NCBI GenBank assembly: GCA_045594245.1
Contig: JAZNYG010000015.1
Location: forward strand, 29,252 to 93,251
From: Bacteroidaceae bacterium
GTDB lineage: Bacteria > Bacteroidota > Bacteroidia > Bacteroidales > Bacteroidaceae
DNA length: 64,000 nt
Reading direction: 5' to 3'
A program made the translations under genes and the position numbers. Under the pieces are notes generated by a model. That model ran no database searches, was not told the origin of the DNA, and saw nothing but the letters and a program-made list of their open reading frames with translations. Below are positions 1-7,795 of this stretch, piece after piece; position 1 is the first letter of the stretch, and every line of letters starts with the position of its first letter.

Positions 1-735
1 CCTAAAACACAGTTCCTTAGTATCAAGGTTGGAGGAGGCACAAGTATGGACCTCACTGCCAATGTTACGATAGATTTTACGGAGCCTATCGTACAGATTA
101 ATGATACGGCCATACATCTATTCAAAAAGGTAGATACGCTGTGGGTAGACGAACCGCACCTGTTCCGTCAACGCAAGAACTCCCTCATGGGATATGAGCT
201 GCTAGGCGAATGGAAACCTGAGGTGGAGTATAAGGTAGTGCTTGACTCGATGGCCTTCACTGGGCTATACGGATTGCATACCAAGCAACAGGAGACGACG
301 TTCAAGTTCAAGGCACTGGACCAGTATAGTACGCTTTTCCTCACCATACAGCAAGCTAAGCCAGGCTATACGGTGCAGTTGCTCGAAGGAGACAAAGTAG
401 CTCGTCAGAAGAGGGTAGAGAAGGGACAGGTCGACTTCTACTTCCTGAAACCGGGCACCTATCATATGCGAATATTCAATGACCGCAATGGCAATGGCGT
501 ATGGGATACTGGACTTTACGAATCAAAGGAGCAGGCTGAAGAGGTGTACTACTTCCCCGGATCTATCAAGACACGTGAGAACTGGGACTACACGCAGGAA
601 TGGAACCCCACAGCGCTGCCTCTTGACCAGCAAAAGCCCAACGATATCAAGAAGCAGAAGTCTGATACCAAGGAGCGCAAGTCGAAGAACGCCGAGCGCG
701 AAGCGAAGAAGAAGAAACAACAGCAACAACAGTAA
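1..735 (+). CDS. C-terminal part of a hypothetical beta-rich (possibly Ig-like) protein; 5' end lies outside the window
   Basis: Frame 1 is open from base 1 with no stop before the first ATG at 46, so the gene starts upstream. It ends in a Lys/Gln-rich tail (KKKKQQQQQ). The product guess is weak. Confidence 0.6.
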   Translation, partial: PKTQFLSIKVGGGTSMDLTANVTIDFTEPIVQINDTAIHLFKKVDTLWVDEPHLFRQRKNSLMGYELLGEWKPEVEYKVVLDSMAFTGLYGLHTKQQETTFKFKALDQYSTLFLTIQQAKPGYTVQLLEGDKVARQKRVEKGQVDFYFLKPGTYHMRIFNDRNGNGVWDTGLYESKEQAEEVYYFPGSIKTRENWDYTQEWNPTALPLDQQKPNDIKKQKSDTKERKSKNAEREAKKKKQQQQQ

Positions 736-737
736 AA

Positions 738-1523
738 ATGAAGAAGCATTTGTTTTCAGTATATTTCCTGCTTCTCCTTGCAATCGGCAGTCACGCCCAG
801 TGTCCAGTACGTGAGGGACTCTTGTCTGACGGTGAGGAGATACGCTACGAGCTTTTCTTCAACTGGCGATTCATCTGGATAAAGGCTGGTGAAGCCTGCC
901 TGACCACACGCTTGACCACCTATAATGATGCTCCTGCCTACGAGAGCACTTTGTTGGCAAGCACCAATGCACGTGCCGACCTCATATTCCGTCTGCGCGA
1001 TACCATCAGTACCGTGGTGACTCCCGGTATGGTGCCTCTGTATTTCGTGAAGCGATGCGATGAAGGTAAGGAGATGATTTACGATCGTGCATGGTTTGAC
1101 TACGAGGATGGGGTGGCTACAGCTCGACAGATAAAGATTTATGGCGACGGCCGTGTGCGTGAAACCTCCCATAGCGATAGTCGCTGTATCTATGATATGG
1201 TGAGCCTCTTGCTCTACTCCCGCTCCCTCGATACCGAAAGTCTTAGCGTGGGTGACCGTATGCAGTATCCTATGGTGACAGGCGTGAAGGTGGAGGAGCA
1301 GAACCTGATTTATCTGGGCAAGCAGGATGTGGAGGCTCTCTCGGGTGAGAATTACCGCTGCCAGGTGTTCAGCCTCGTACAAAAGAGGAAGAACAAGGAG
1401 GGTAAGCTGGAAGATCGGGAGATAATCCGTTTTTATACCACTGACGACGAACGTCATCTGCCCATACAGCTTGACCTTATACTGAAATTTGGCGTGGCAA
1501 AGGCGAAGTTGTCAAATAAATGA
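738..1523 (+). CDS. DUF3108-like secreted protein
   Basis: 261-aa ORF with a signal peptide (MKKHLFSVYFLLLLAIGSHA). The GEEIRYELFFNW..IKAGEA pattern recalls the DUF3108 family. It starts 2 nt after the upstream stop. Confidence 0.6.
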   Translation: MKKHLFSVYFLLLLAIGSHAQCPVREGLLSDGEEIRYELFFNWRFIWIKAGEACLTTRLTTYNDAPAYESTLLASTNARADLIFRLRDTISTVVTPGMVPLYFVKRCDEGKEMIYDRAWFDYEDGVATARQIKIYGDGRVRETSHSDSRCIYDMVSLLLYSRSLDTESLSVGDRMQYPMVTGVKVEEQNLIYLGKQDVEALSGENYRCQVFSLVQKRKNKEGKLEDREIIRFYTTDDERHLPIQLDLILKFGVAKAKLSNK

Positions 1524-1652
1524 CATTGCTTTTGGGGTAACTTTATAGGGGGGGAGTGGAGAAGTTCTCAGAAGAATGTCGACTGATTTCTGCTTGTTGT
1601 GGACGTGATACAATATTATCTAGCTTTACGTTGAATATTCCACATTTTTATG

Positions 1653-1660
1653 TAATTTTG
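1653..1660 (+). promoter_or_regulatory. Bacteroidetes -7 promoter box TAATTTTG (gpmI)
   Basis: Exact TAnnTTTG, 67 nt upstream of the ATG. Confidence 0.4.
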
Positions 1661-1726
1661 CATTGAAAAGCGTATTAAGTTTGTGTTATATAGCAATAGA
1701 ATAAACCATATAAACTAATAGATCGT

Positions 1727-3226
1727 ATGTCAAAGAAAGCATTATTGATGATTTTGGACGGTTGGGGCTTCGGCAACCACGGTAAGGGTGACGTTATCTT
1801 CAACACTCCCACTCCCTATTGGGACTATCTGATGAGTACTTATCCTCACTCTCAGCTGCAGGCCAGCGGCGAGAACGTGGGTTTGCCCGACGGACAGATG
1901 GGTAACTCCGAGGTGGGGCACCTCAACATCGGTGCCGGCCGCGTGGTATACCAGGACCTCGTTAAGATCAACCGCGCCTGTGCCGACAATAGCATCCTGC
2001 AGAACAAGGAGATCGTGGCTGCCTACAGCTACGCCAAGGAGAACGGCAAGAACCTCCACCTCATGGGCCTCACCTCTGACGGTGGTGTGCACAGCTCACT
2101 CGACCACCTTTTCAAGCTCATCGACATCGCCGGTGAGTATGGCATCGACAACACTTACGTGCACTGTTTCATGGACGGTCGCGACACCGACCCCAAGAGT
2201 GGTGCAGGATTCATCGGCCAGCTCGTGGAGCACAATGCCAAGATTGCCTCTATCATCGGTCGTTACTACGCTATGGACCGCGACAAGCGCTGGGAGCGCG
2301 TGAAGGTGGCCTATGACCTGCTCGTAAGTGGCGAGGGCAAGAAGGCCAGCGACATGGTGAAGGCCGTAGAGGAGTCGTACGCTGAGGGCGTGACCGACGA
2401 GTTTATCCTCCCCATCGTGAACAGCAACTATGACGGCACCATCAAGGAGGGCGACGTAGTCATCTTCTTCAACTACCGCAACGACCGTGCTAAGGAACTC
2501 ACCGTAGTGCTCACACAGCAGGATATGCCCGAAGCTGGCATGCACACTATCCCTGGCCTGCAATACTACTGCATGACTCCGTACGACGCATCGTTCAAGG
2601 GTGTACACATCCTCTTCGACAAGGAGAACGTAGAGAACACCCTCGGCGAATATGTGGCATCGAAGGGCCTCAAGCAGCTCCACATTGCCGAGACTGAGAA
2701 GTATGCCCACGTGACCTTCTTCCTCAACGGTGGCCGCGAAACTCCGTTCGACGGCGAAGACCGCATCCTGGTGCCCTCACCCAAGGTGGCTACCTATGAC
2801 CTGCAGCCCGAGATGAGTGCCTACGAGGTGCGCACCAAGCTCGTGGAGGCTATCCGCGAAGATAAGTACGACCTCATCGTCGTGAACTTTGCCAATGGCG
2901 ACATGGTGGGCCACACCGGCGTATACAGCGCCATCGAAGCTGCCGTGAAGGCTGTCGATGAGTGCGTGAAGGACGTTATCGAGGCTGCCAAGGAGACCGG
3001 CTACGAGGCTATCATCATCGCCGACCACGGCAATGCCGACAATGCCGTGAATGCCGATGGCTCGCCCAACACAGCCCACTCGCTCAATCCCGTACCCTTC
3101 ATCTACGTCACCGAGAACAAGGACGTACAGCCTGCCGACGGCATCCTCGCCGACGTGGCTCCCTCGGTACTGAAGATCATGGGTCTGCCCGTACCGGCCG
3201 AGATGACGGGCAAGCAGCTGATTTAA
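1727..3226 (+). CDS. gpmI: 2,3-bisphosphoglycerate-independent phosphoglycerate mutase
   Basis: 499 aa. LMILDGWG and MGNSEVGH motifs and overall iPGM layout. Confidence 0.95.
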   Translation: MSKKALLMILDGWGFGNHGKGDVIFNTPTPYWDYLMSTYPHSQLQASGENVGLPDGQMGNSEVGHLNIGAGRVVYQDLVKINRACADNSILQNKEIVAAYSYAKENGKNLHLMGLTSDGGVHSSLDHLFKLIDIAGEYGIDNTYVHCFMDGRDTDPKSGAGFIGQLVEHNAKIASIIGRYYAMDRDKRWERVKVAYDLLVSGEGKKASDMVKAVEESYAEGVTDEFILPIVNSNYDGTIKEGDVVIFFNYRNDRAKELTVVLTQQDMPEAGMHTIPGLQYYCMTPYDASFKGVHILFDKENVENTLGEYVASKGLKQLHIAETEKYAHVTFFLNGGRETPFDGEDRILVPSPKVATYDLQPEMSAYEVRTKLVEAIREDKYDLIVVNFANGDMVGHTGVYSAIEAAVKAVDECVKDVIEAAKETGYEAIIIADHGNADNAVNADGSPNTAHSLNPVPFIYVTENKDVQPADGILADVAPSVLKIMGLPVPAEMTGKQLI

Positions 3227-3333
3227 GTGAAAAGTGAAGAGGGAAGAGTGAAGAGTTGCCATCCGGCCTTTTCCCCCTTTCCCTCTTCCCTTTTCCCTCC
3301 TAACTCTTCCCTCTTCTCTTTTCCCTCTTCCCT
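3227..3333 (+). repeat. GA/CT palindromic intergenic element, copy 1
   Basis: A purine arm (gtgaaaagtgaagagggaagagtgaagag), then ttgccatccggc, then a 67-nt pyrimidine tract with only 2 purines. The arms are complementary (gaaaagtgaagagggaagagt / actcttccctcttctcttttc). Confidence 0.85.
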
Positions 3334-3336
3334 ATT

Positions 3337-3780
3337 ATGGACATCGCGTTTCCTAAAAGCAAAGCTTTTGCTGTTCGCATAGTAAACCTCTACTCTTATC
3401 TCACGAAGACAAAGGGCGAGCATGTCATGTCTAAGCAACTGCTGCGGTCAGGAACAAGTATTGGCGCCAATATTGCCGAAGCCCAATATGCAATAAGCAA
3501 GCCAGACTTTATAGCCAAACACCAGATAGCATTGAAAGGATGCGCCGAGAGTCTATATTGGCTGGAAATTTTACACGAAACCGATATTCTGACTAAAGAA
3601 CAGTTTGAGTCAATGTACGCAGATTGTGTGGAGTTGAAGAAATTATTGATAACAATATTAAAAACATCTAAAGAGGGAAAAGTGAAGAGTGAAGAAGGAA
3701 GAGTTGCCATCCGGCCTTTTCCCCCTTTCCCTCTTCCCTTTTCCCTCCTAACTCTTCCCTCTTCCCTCTTAAAATGGTAG
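3337..3780 (+). CDS. Four-helix-bundle protein (23S rRNA intervening-sequence protein / Avd family) with a repeat-encoded C-terminal tail
   Basis: aa 1-110 show the family pattern (LLRSGTSIGANIAEA, KGCAESLYWLEIL). The last ~35 aa (VKSEEGRVAIRPFPPFPLPFSLL...) are a translation of repeat copy 2. Confidence 0.75.
   Translation: MDIAFPKSKAFAVRIVNLYSYLTKTKGEHVMSKQLLRSGTSIGANIAEAQYAISKPDFIAKHQIALKGCAESLYWLEILHETDILTKEQFESMYADCVELKKLLITILKTSKEGKVKSEEGRVAIRPFPPFPLPFSLLTLPSSLLKW
3671..3770 (+). repeat. GA/CT palindromic intergenic element, copy 2
   Basis: 3698-3764 is identical to 3250-3316 (67 nt, checked base by base). Confidence 0.85.
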
Positions 3781-4355
3781 AAGTAAACGGTGTAGTCGTA
3801 TCATTCGACGTATTCAAAGAGAAGTTTCTGTGCGACCTTGAGGGTTGCAACGGTGCCTGCTGTATCGAAGGCGATGCAGGTGCACCCATCACTCCCGATG
3901 AGGTGAAAGAGGTAGAAGCGCTGCTGCCCGAGATATGGGACGAGCTGCTGCCCGAGGCACGCGAAGTGATCAACCGCCAAGGCATCTCGTACTATGACCC
4001 CAGTGGCGAACTCGTCACCTCCATTGTGAATGGCAAGGACTGTGTGTTCACCTGCTACGACGAGCGTGGCTGCTGCTACTGTGCCATCGAGCGGGCCTAC
4101 CGCCAAGGGCGTGTGCCCTTCTACAAACCCGTATCGTGCCACCTCTATCCCATCCGTGTGGGCGAGTATGGCCCCTACCGCGCCCTCAACTACGACCGTT
4201 GGGACGTGTGCAAGGTGGCTGTCCTCAAAGGCCAGAAGGAGAACCTTCCACTTTATAAGTTCCTCAAGGAACCCCTCATCCGTCGCTTCGGTGAGGACTG
4301 GTATGCCGAACTCGAACTCGTTGCCGAGGAACTGGCCAATCAAGGACTGATTTAA
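3774..4355 (+). CDS. DUF3109 family Cys-rich protein
   Basis: 193 aa with Cys clusters CDLEGCNGACCIEGD, CCYCAIE and VSCHLYPIR. The ATG overlaps the upstream ORF by 7 nt. Confidence 0.7.
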   Translation: MVEVNGVVVSFDVFKEKFLCDLEGCNGACCIEGDAGAPITPDEVKEVEALLPEIWDELLPEAREVINRQGISYYDPSGELVTSIVNGKDCVFTCYDERGCCYCAIERAYRQGRVPFYKPVSCHLYPIRVGEYGPYRALNYDRWDVCKVAVLKGQKENLPLYKFLKEPLIRRFGEDWYAELELVAEELANQGLI

Positions 4356-4422
4356 TTGGGTTGGGAATCTACATCATTAACGGTAGAAAAGTTGTGATTG
4401 AATAATAATATGGTATAAAGAT

Positions 4423-4463
4423 AGCGGTGCCCGACCTTAAGAGGTAGGGCACTGCTTGTTGTT
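4423..4463 (+). terminator. Hairpin terminator after the DUF3109 gene
   Basis: 10-bp stem agcggtgccc/gggcactgct (one G-U pair) followed by tgttgtt. Confidence 0.5.
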
Positions 4464-4541
4464 AGGGATGTGGTTGCGCAGGAACGAGTAAAAAGTCGAT
4501 AAAAAGTGTTGGCAGTTTATTGTATCTTCGTTAAAAAACAT

Positions 4542-4549
4542 TATATTTG
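4542..4549 (+). promoter_or_regulatory. -7 box TATATTTG (small ORF pair)
   Basis: Exact TAnnTTTG, 30 nt upstream of the ATG at 4579. Confidence 0.5.
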
Positions 4550-4578
4550 TGCAATATTAGTAAATAACAGCGCAAAAA

Positions 4579-4779
4579 ATGGCAAAATCATTCTGGAATT
4601 CATCTCATAAATTCCGATATGTACTCTTAGCTTTGAGATACTTTTCGACACCAAATCATGTGTATCATCTGGCTCATGCGGATGTTCGCTGTAGGTCAAA
4701 AAAGGATAAGAAGATACTGCATAGGCTGCATCAACTAGGTATTGTTCATCATTCCTCTTCGTATCGTTCTAAAAAGTAG
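4579..4779 (+). CDS. Small basic hypothetical protein (66 aa), paralog 1
   Basis: ATG lies 30 nt downstream of a TATATTTG -7 box. About one third of residues are identical to the next ORF (FW.SSHK..Y..LA.R...P..Y.LAH...IL..L...GI). Confidence 0.45.
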   Translation: MAKSFWNSSHKFRYVLLALRYFSTPNHVYHLAHADVRCRSKKDKKILHRLHQLGIVHHSSSYRSKK

Positions 4780-4841
4780 CTAAAACAATACCTTGCTCAT
4801 TTTCGTTATGCCTAGGTCAATAAGTATAACGATTTCTATAT

Positions 4842-5036
4842 ATGATGAGCAAGAGCAGAAGTTTTTGGAGTTCAAGTCATAAACTGGTATATATTGCATT
4901 GGCCTTCCGGTTTCGTGTTTGGCCAAGCTATATCTATTCATTGGCGCATGGAATGTTGAGAGGAGACTATTCGATACGTGATGAACAGATTCTTGATTCT
5001 CTACTTCGAAAAGGAATAATCTATCGGATAGGATAG
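4842..5036 (+). CDS. Small basic hypothetical protein (64 aa), paralog 2
   Basis: Tandem paralog of 4579-4779, 62 nt downstream on the same strand. The start could also be the second ATG at 4845. Confidence 0.4.
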   Translation: MMSKSRSFWSSSHKLVYIALAFRFRVWPSYIYSLAHGMLRGDYSIRDEQILDSLLRKGIIYRIG

Positions 5037-5055
5037 TATATTGCTATCTCAGCTG

Positions 5056-5880
5056 TTATTTCAGTGCAATGCTTTGTACCTGAATGCTATTGTCAAAAAA
5101 TATGGAAGCATATTCCTTGAATATGTCTACTGACTCTGTAGTGAGGAACTTGCATACTCCCTCTTTAGTGCATAAGGCATCCATTTCGGGATGTCTCTCA
5201 AGATAGTTAATAAGACTTTTTCCTACGTATTCGCCTTGTGTAATCACTTTGATATGTTGGGGGGTGTATTGGCGTATCTTATCGTAGAGGATGGGGTAGT
5301 GGGTACAGCCTAGGATGATGGTGTCAATTAGGCTATCTTTAGCTAGTAGGTTGTCGATATGCCGGCGGACGAAATAGTCGGCTCCTTCACTTTGTGCCTC
5401 ATTGTTCTCGACAAGTGGAACCCAAATGGGACAAGCCTCGCCAGAAACCACAATATCGGGAAAGAGCTTTTTGATTTCCAGTGGGTATGATTGTGACTTG
5501 ATGGTTCCCGAGGTAGCAAGGATACCTACGTGGCGCGACAGGGTAATGTCGTCGAGGTATTCTACCGTAGGACGTATGATGCCTAGTACGCGTTTCCTCG
5601 GGTCAATTTTCGGCAGGTCTATTTGCTGTATGGTACGAAGCGCCTTGGCAGAGGCTGTGTTGCAAGCTAGGATTACAAGCTGGCAACCCATGTCGAAGAG
5701 GGCCTTGACGGCCTGTGAGGTAAACTCATATACTACTTCAAAGGATCGGGTACCGTATGGTGTACGAGCATTGTCGCCTAAATATAAGAAGTCGTATTGA
5801 GGCATACGCTCGCGTATTTGCGAGAGTATAGTGAGACCTCCATATCCGGAGTCGAAGATACCGATGGAACCTGGTGTCAT
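5056..5880 (-). CDS. murI: Glutamate racemase
   Basis: GIFDSGYGGLT, ILACNTASA and LGCTHYP motifs. I prefer the ATG at 5880 (MTPGSIGIFDSG); the longest ORF would start at 5934. Confidence 0.9.
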   Translation of the reverse strand: MTPGSIGIFDSGYGGLTILSQIRERMPQYDFLYLGDNARTPYGTRSFEVVYEFTSQAVKALFDMGCQLVILACNTASAKALRTIQQIDLPKIDPRKRVLGIIRPTVEYLDDITLSRHVGILATSGTIKSQSYPLEIKKLFPDIVVSGEACPIWVPLVENNEAQSEGADYFVRRHIDNLLAKDSLIDTIILGCTHYPILYDKIRQYTPQHIKVITQGEYVGKSLINYLERHPEMDALCTKEGVCKFLTTESVDIFKEYASIFFDNSIQVQSIALK

Positions 5881-6045
5881 GGCTTTTATTGTAATTAGGT
5901 CTGTAAAAGTACGGACTTTATCCGAAGTTTGCAATAGTTTGACTTAAAAGATGGGGATGTGTGGTGCATTTCATGTTTGTGGAATAACTCATAGCTTGGT
6001 CGCATATAAGTCGAATAGGATATTGCTCATATCGGTATAATGTTG

Positions 6046-6053
6046 TATCTTTG
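6046..6053 (+). promoter_or_regulatory. -7 box TATCTTTG (OM barrel gene)
   Basis: Exact TAnnTTTG, 28 nt upstream of the ATG at 6081. Confidence 0.5.
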
Positions 6054-6080
6054 TGTTTTATTTCTAGGAAGATAGATTGT

Positions 6081-6647
6081 ATGAGACGATTCAAAATAAG
6101 CATCTTGTTGCTGCTTTGTATGCTTTGTACGGTAGGTCAGGCAGGGGAGGTATATAATAATGCTATGAAACTGACTTTCCTCTCGTGGCTGACAGGAAGT
6201 ACTAAGTTATCGTATGAGCGTGCCATTGCTAATCATCAAACAGCAGAAATATGTGCTAGTATGATATGTGCTGGTTATGATAAGTTCCAGAATAAGCCAT
6301 TGGGATTTACTGTGCGTTATGGGCACAAGTTTTTCTTAAGTGGTAATCATGATGGTGGATTGCAGGGATTCTATGTGCGCCCTGAAGCAATCTACTCACA
6401 TTATTCTTATAATTCATCAAATGCTCAGGCGCGAGTTCCTGCTAAGATGGGAGCTTTGCTTGCTACCATGGGCTATCAGATAAATATCAACCGTTTACTG
6501 ATAGATACCTGGGTGGGTGGAGGCTATGCTTTAGGGGTTCCAGCTGAGACGGGTTATCATCATGGTTTTGCACTATGGAATATGTGGGGAAAGAATAGGG
6601 AACATTTAGCCCTCAGTTTCAGTGTGAAGCTAGGATTTTGTTTTTAG
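6081..6647 (+). CDS. Putative small outer-membrane beta-barrel protein
   Basis: Signal peptide MRRFKISILLLLCMLCTVGQA, alternating hydrophobic strands and a C-terminal ...KLGFCF. The ATG at 6081 lies 28 nt after a TATCTTTG box; the track start at 6051 is a TTG inside that box. Confidence 0.5.
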   Translation: MRRFKISILLLLCMLCTVGQAGEVYNNAMKLTFLSWLTGSTKLSYERAIANHQTAEICASMICAGYDKFQNKPLGFTVRYGHKFFLSGNHDGGLQGFYVRPEAIYSHYSYNSSNAQARVPAKMGALLATMGYQININRLLIDTWVGGGYALGVPAETGYHHGFALWNMWGKNREHLALSFSVKLGFCF

Positions 6648-6679
6648 AAATTCGACGATCTGTATTTTTTTTGATTGGC

Positions 6680-7789
6680 TCAAGAACCGCGCTTTAGCAG
6701 TTCCTCCACGAAGGGCTTCGGGCGGTATTGGCGGTCGAAGAAGAGCGGGTAGTCGGTGCGTCCGCGGATGGGGAAACCGTTCTTCCATGAACTGCCGTCG
6801 GTGACACCCCAGGTGGTGACGCGAGTGATGTCGTCGGCATGGCGGATGAAGAGCTGCATATACGCCATCATGCGGGCGTTCCACTGGGCAGAGATGGAGT
6901 CGGGCAGACCATCTACGTAGGGATTCATGCGCTGCTCGTAGCTCAGTGTGTCGCTGAGGTTTGCCGACTGCCATGGTGAGGGTAGGGCACTCATGTCGAA
7001 CTCGGTAATCATCACCTTCACCCCTGCATTGGCATAGGCCTCGATGCTGGCCTCAAACTCCTCCAACGAGGGGTGATGCATGTCGATATGTCCTTGCATG
7101 CCTACTGCGTCGATGCGCAGGCCACGCTCCTTGAGCTGGCGTACCAGCTGGCATACGGCCTTTCGCTTGCCGGGATAGTACATGTTGTAGTCGTTATAGT
7201 AAAGCTCAGCCTCTGGGTCGGCCTCATGGGCATACTGGAAAGCAAGGGGGATAAACTCTTCGCCCAAGATCTCATAGAACTTGCTCTTTCGGTACGAGCC
7301 GTCTTCCATGATGGCCTCATTCACCACGTCCCACCCTTTGACGCGCCCTTTGTAGCGGCCCACGACGGTGCTGATGTGGGCTTTCATGCGCTGGCGCAGC
7401 AGCTCGGGGCTTATGTTATTGCCCTGCTCGTCGGTGCAGAACCAGCGTGGCAGCTGCGAGTGCCAGATGAGGCAGTGCCCGGTGATGTGCATGCCGTGGC
7501 GCTCGCCAAAAGCGACGAACTCATCGGCTTGACGGAAGCGGAACTCTCCCTCGCGTGGTTGTAGCGACTCGCTCTTCATGCAATTCTCGGCTACGATGGC
7601 GTTGAAGTGGCGGGTGACGATGTCTGTGGCGTTGGAGTCGCGCTCTGCTACCTGCCAGCTATTGAGGGCGGTGCCTATGTAGAACTTGTCGGCCAATACC
7701 GACTTGAGCGTGGTCTCACTGGCCTTGCGGGTACCGCATGCACCAAGCAGGGCGATGCAGCATAGCATGATGGGGAGTAGCTTCTTCAT
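6680..7789 (-). CDS. GH10 endo-1,4-beta-xylanase (lipoprotein)
   Basis: Lipobox LLGAC. GH10 motifs AENCMK, WDVVNEA (acid/base Glu) and ITEFDM (nucleophile Glu). Confidence 0.9.
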   Translation of the reverse strand: MKKLLPIMLCCIALLGACGTRKASETTLKSVLADKFYIGTALNSWQVAERDSNATDIVTRHFNAIVAENCMKSESLQPREGEFRFRQADEFVAFGERHGMHITGHCLIWHSQLPRWFCTDEQGNNISPELLRQRMKAHISTVVGRYKGRVKGWDVVNEAIMEDGSYRKSKFYEILGEEFIPLAFQYAHEADPEAELYYNDYNMYYPGKRKAVCQLVRQLKERGLRIDAVGMQGHIDMHHPSLEEFEASIEAYANAGVKVMITEFDMSALPSPWQSANLSDTLSYEQRMNPYVDGLPDSISAQWNARMMAYMQLFIRHADDITRVTTWGVTDGSSWKNGFPIRGRTDYPLFFDRQYRPKPFVEELLKRGS

Positions 7790-7795
7790 ATCTTT

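Noticed and set aside
3250-3764. Possible CRISPR-like array, suggested by the identical 67-bp repeats.
   Set aside because: There are only two copies. They are separated by a 381-bp segment containing a protein-coding gene. There are no cas genes, and the repeats are much longer and more pyrimidine-biased than CRISPR repeats.
3223-3985. Minus-strand ORFs 3223-3438 and 3668-3985 encoding ...GKREELGGKREEGKGEKAGWQLF...
   Set aside because: The shared peptide is simply the translated GA/CT repeat. Both ORFs overlap better-supported plus-strand genes.
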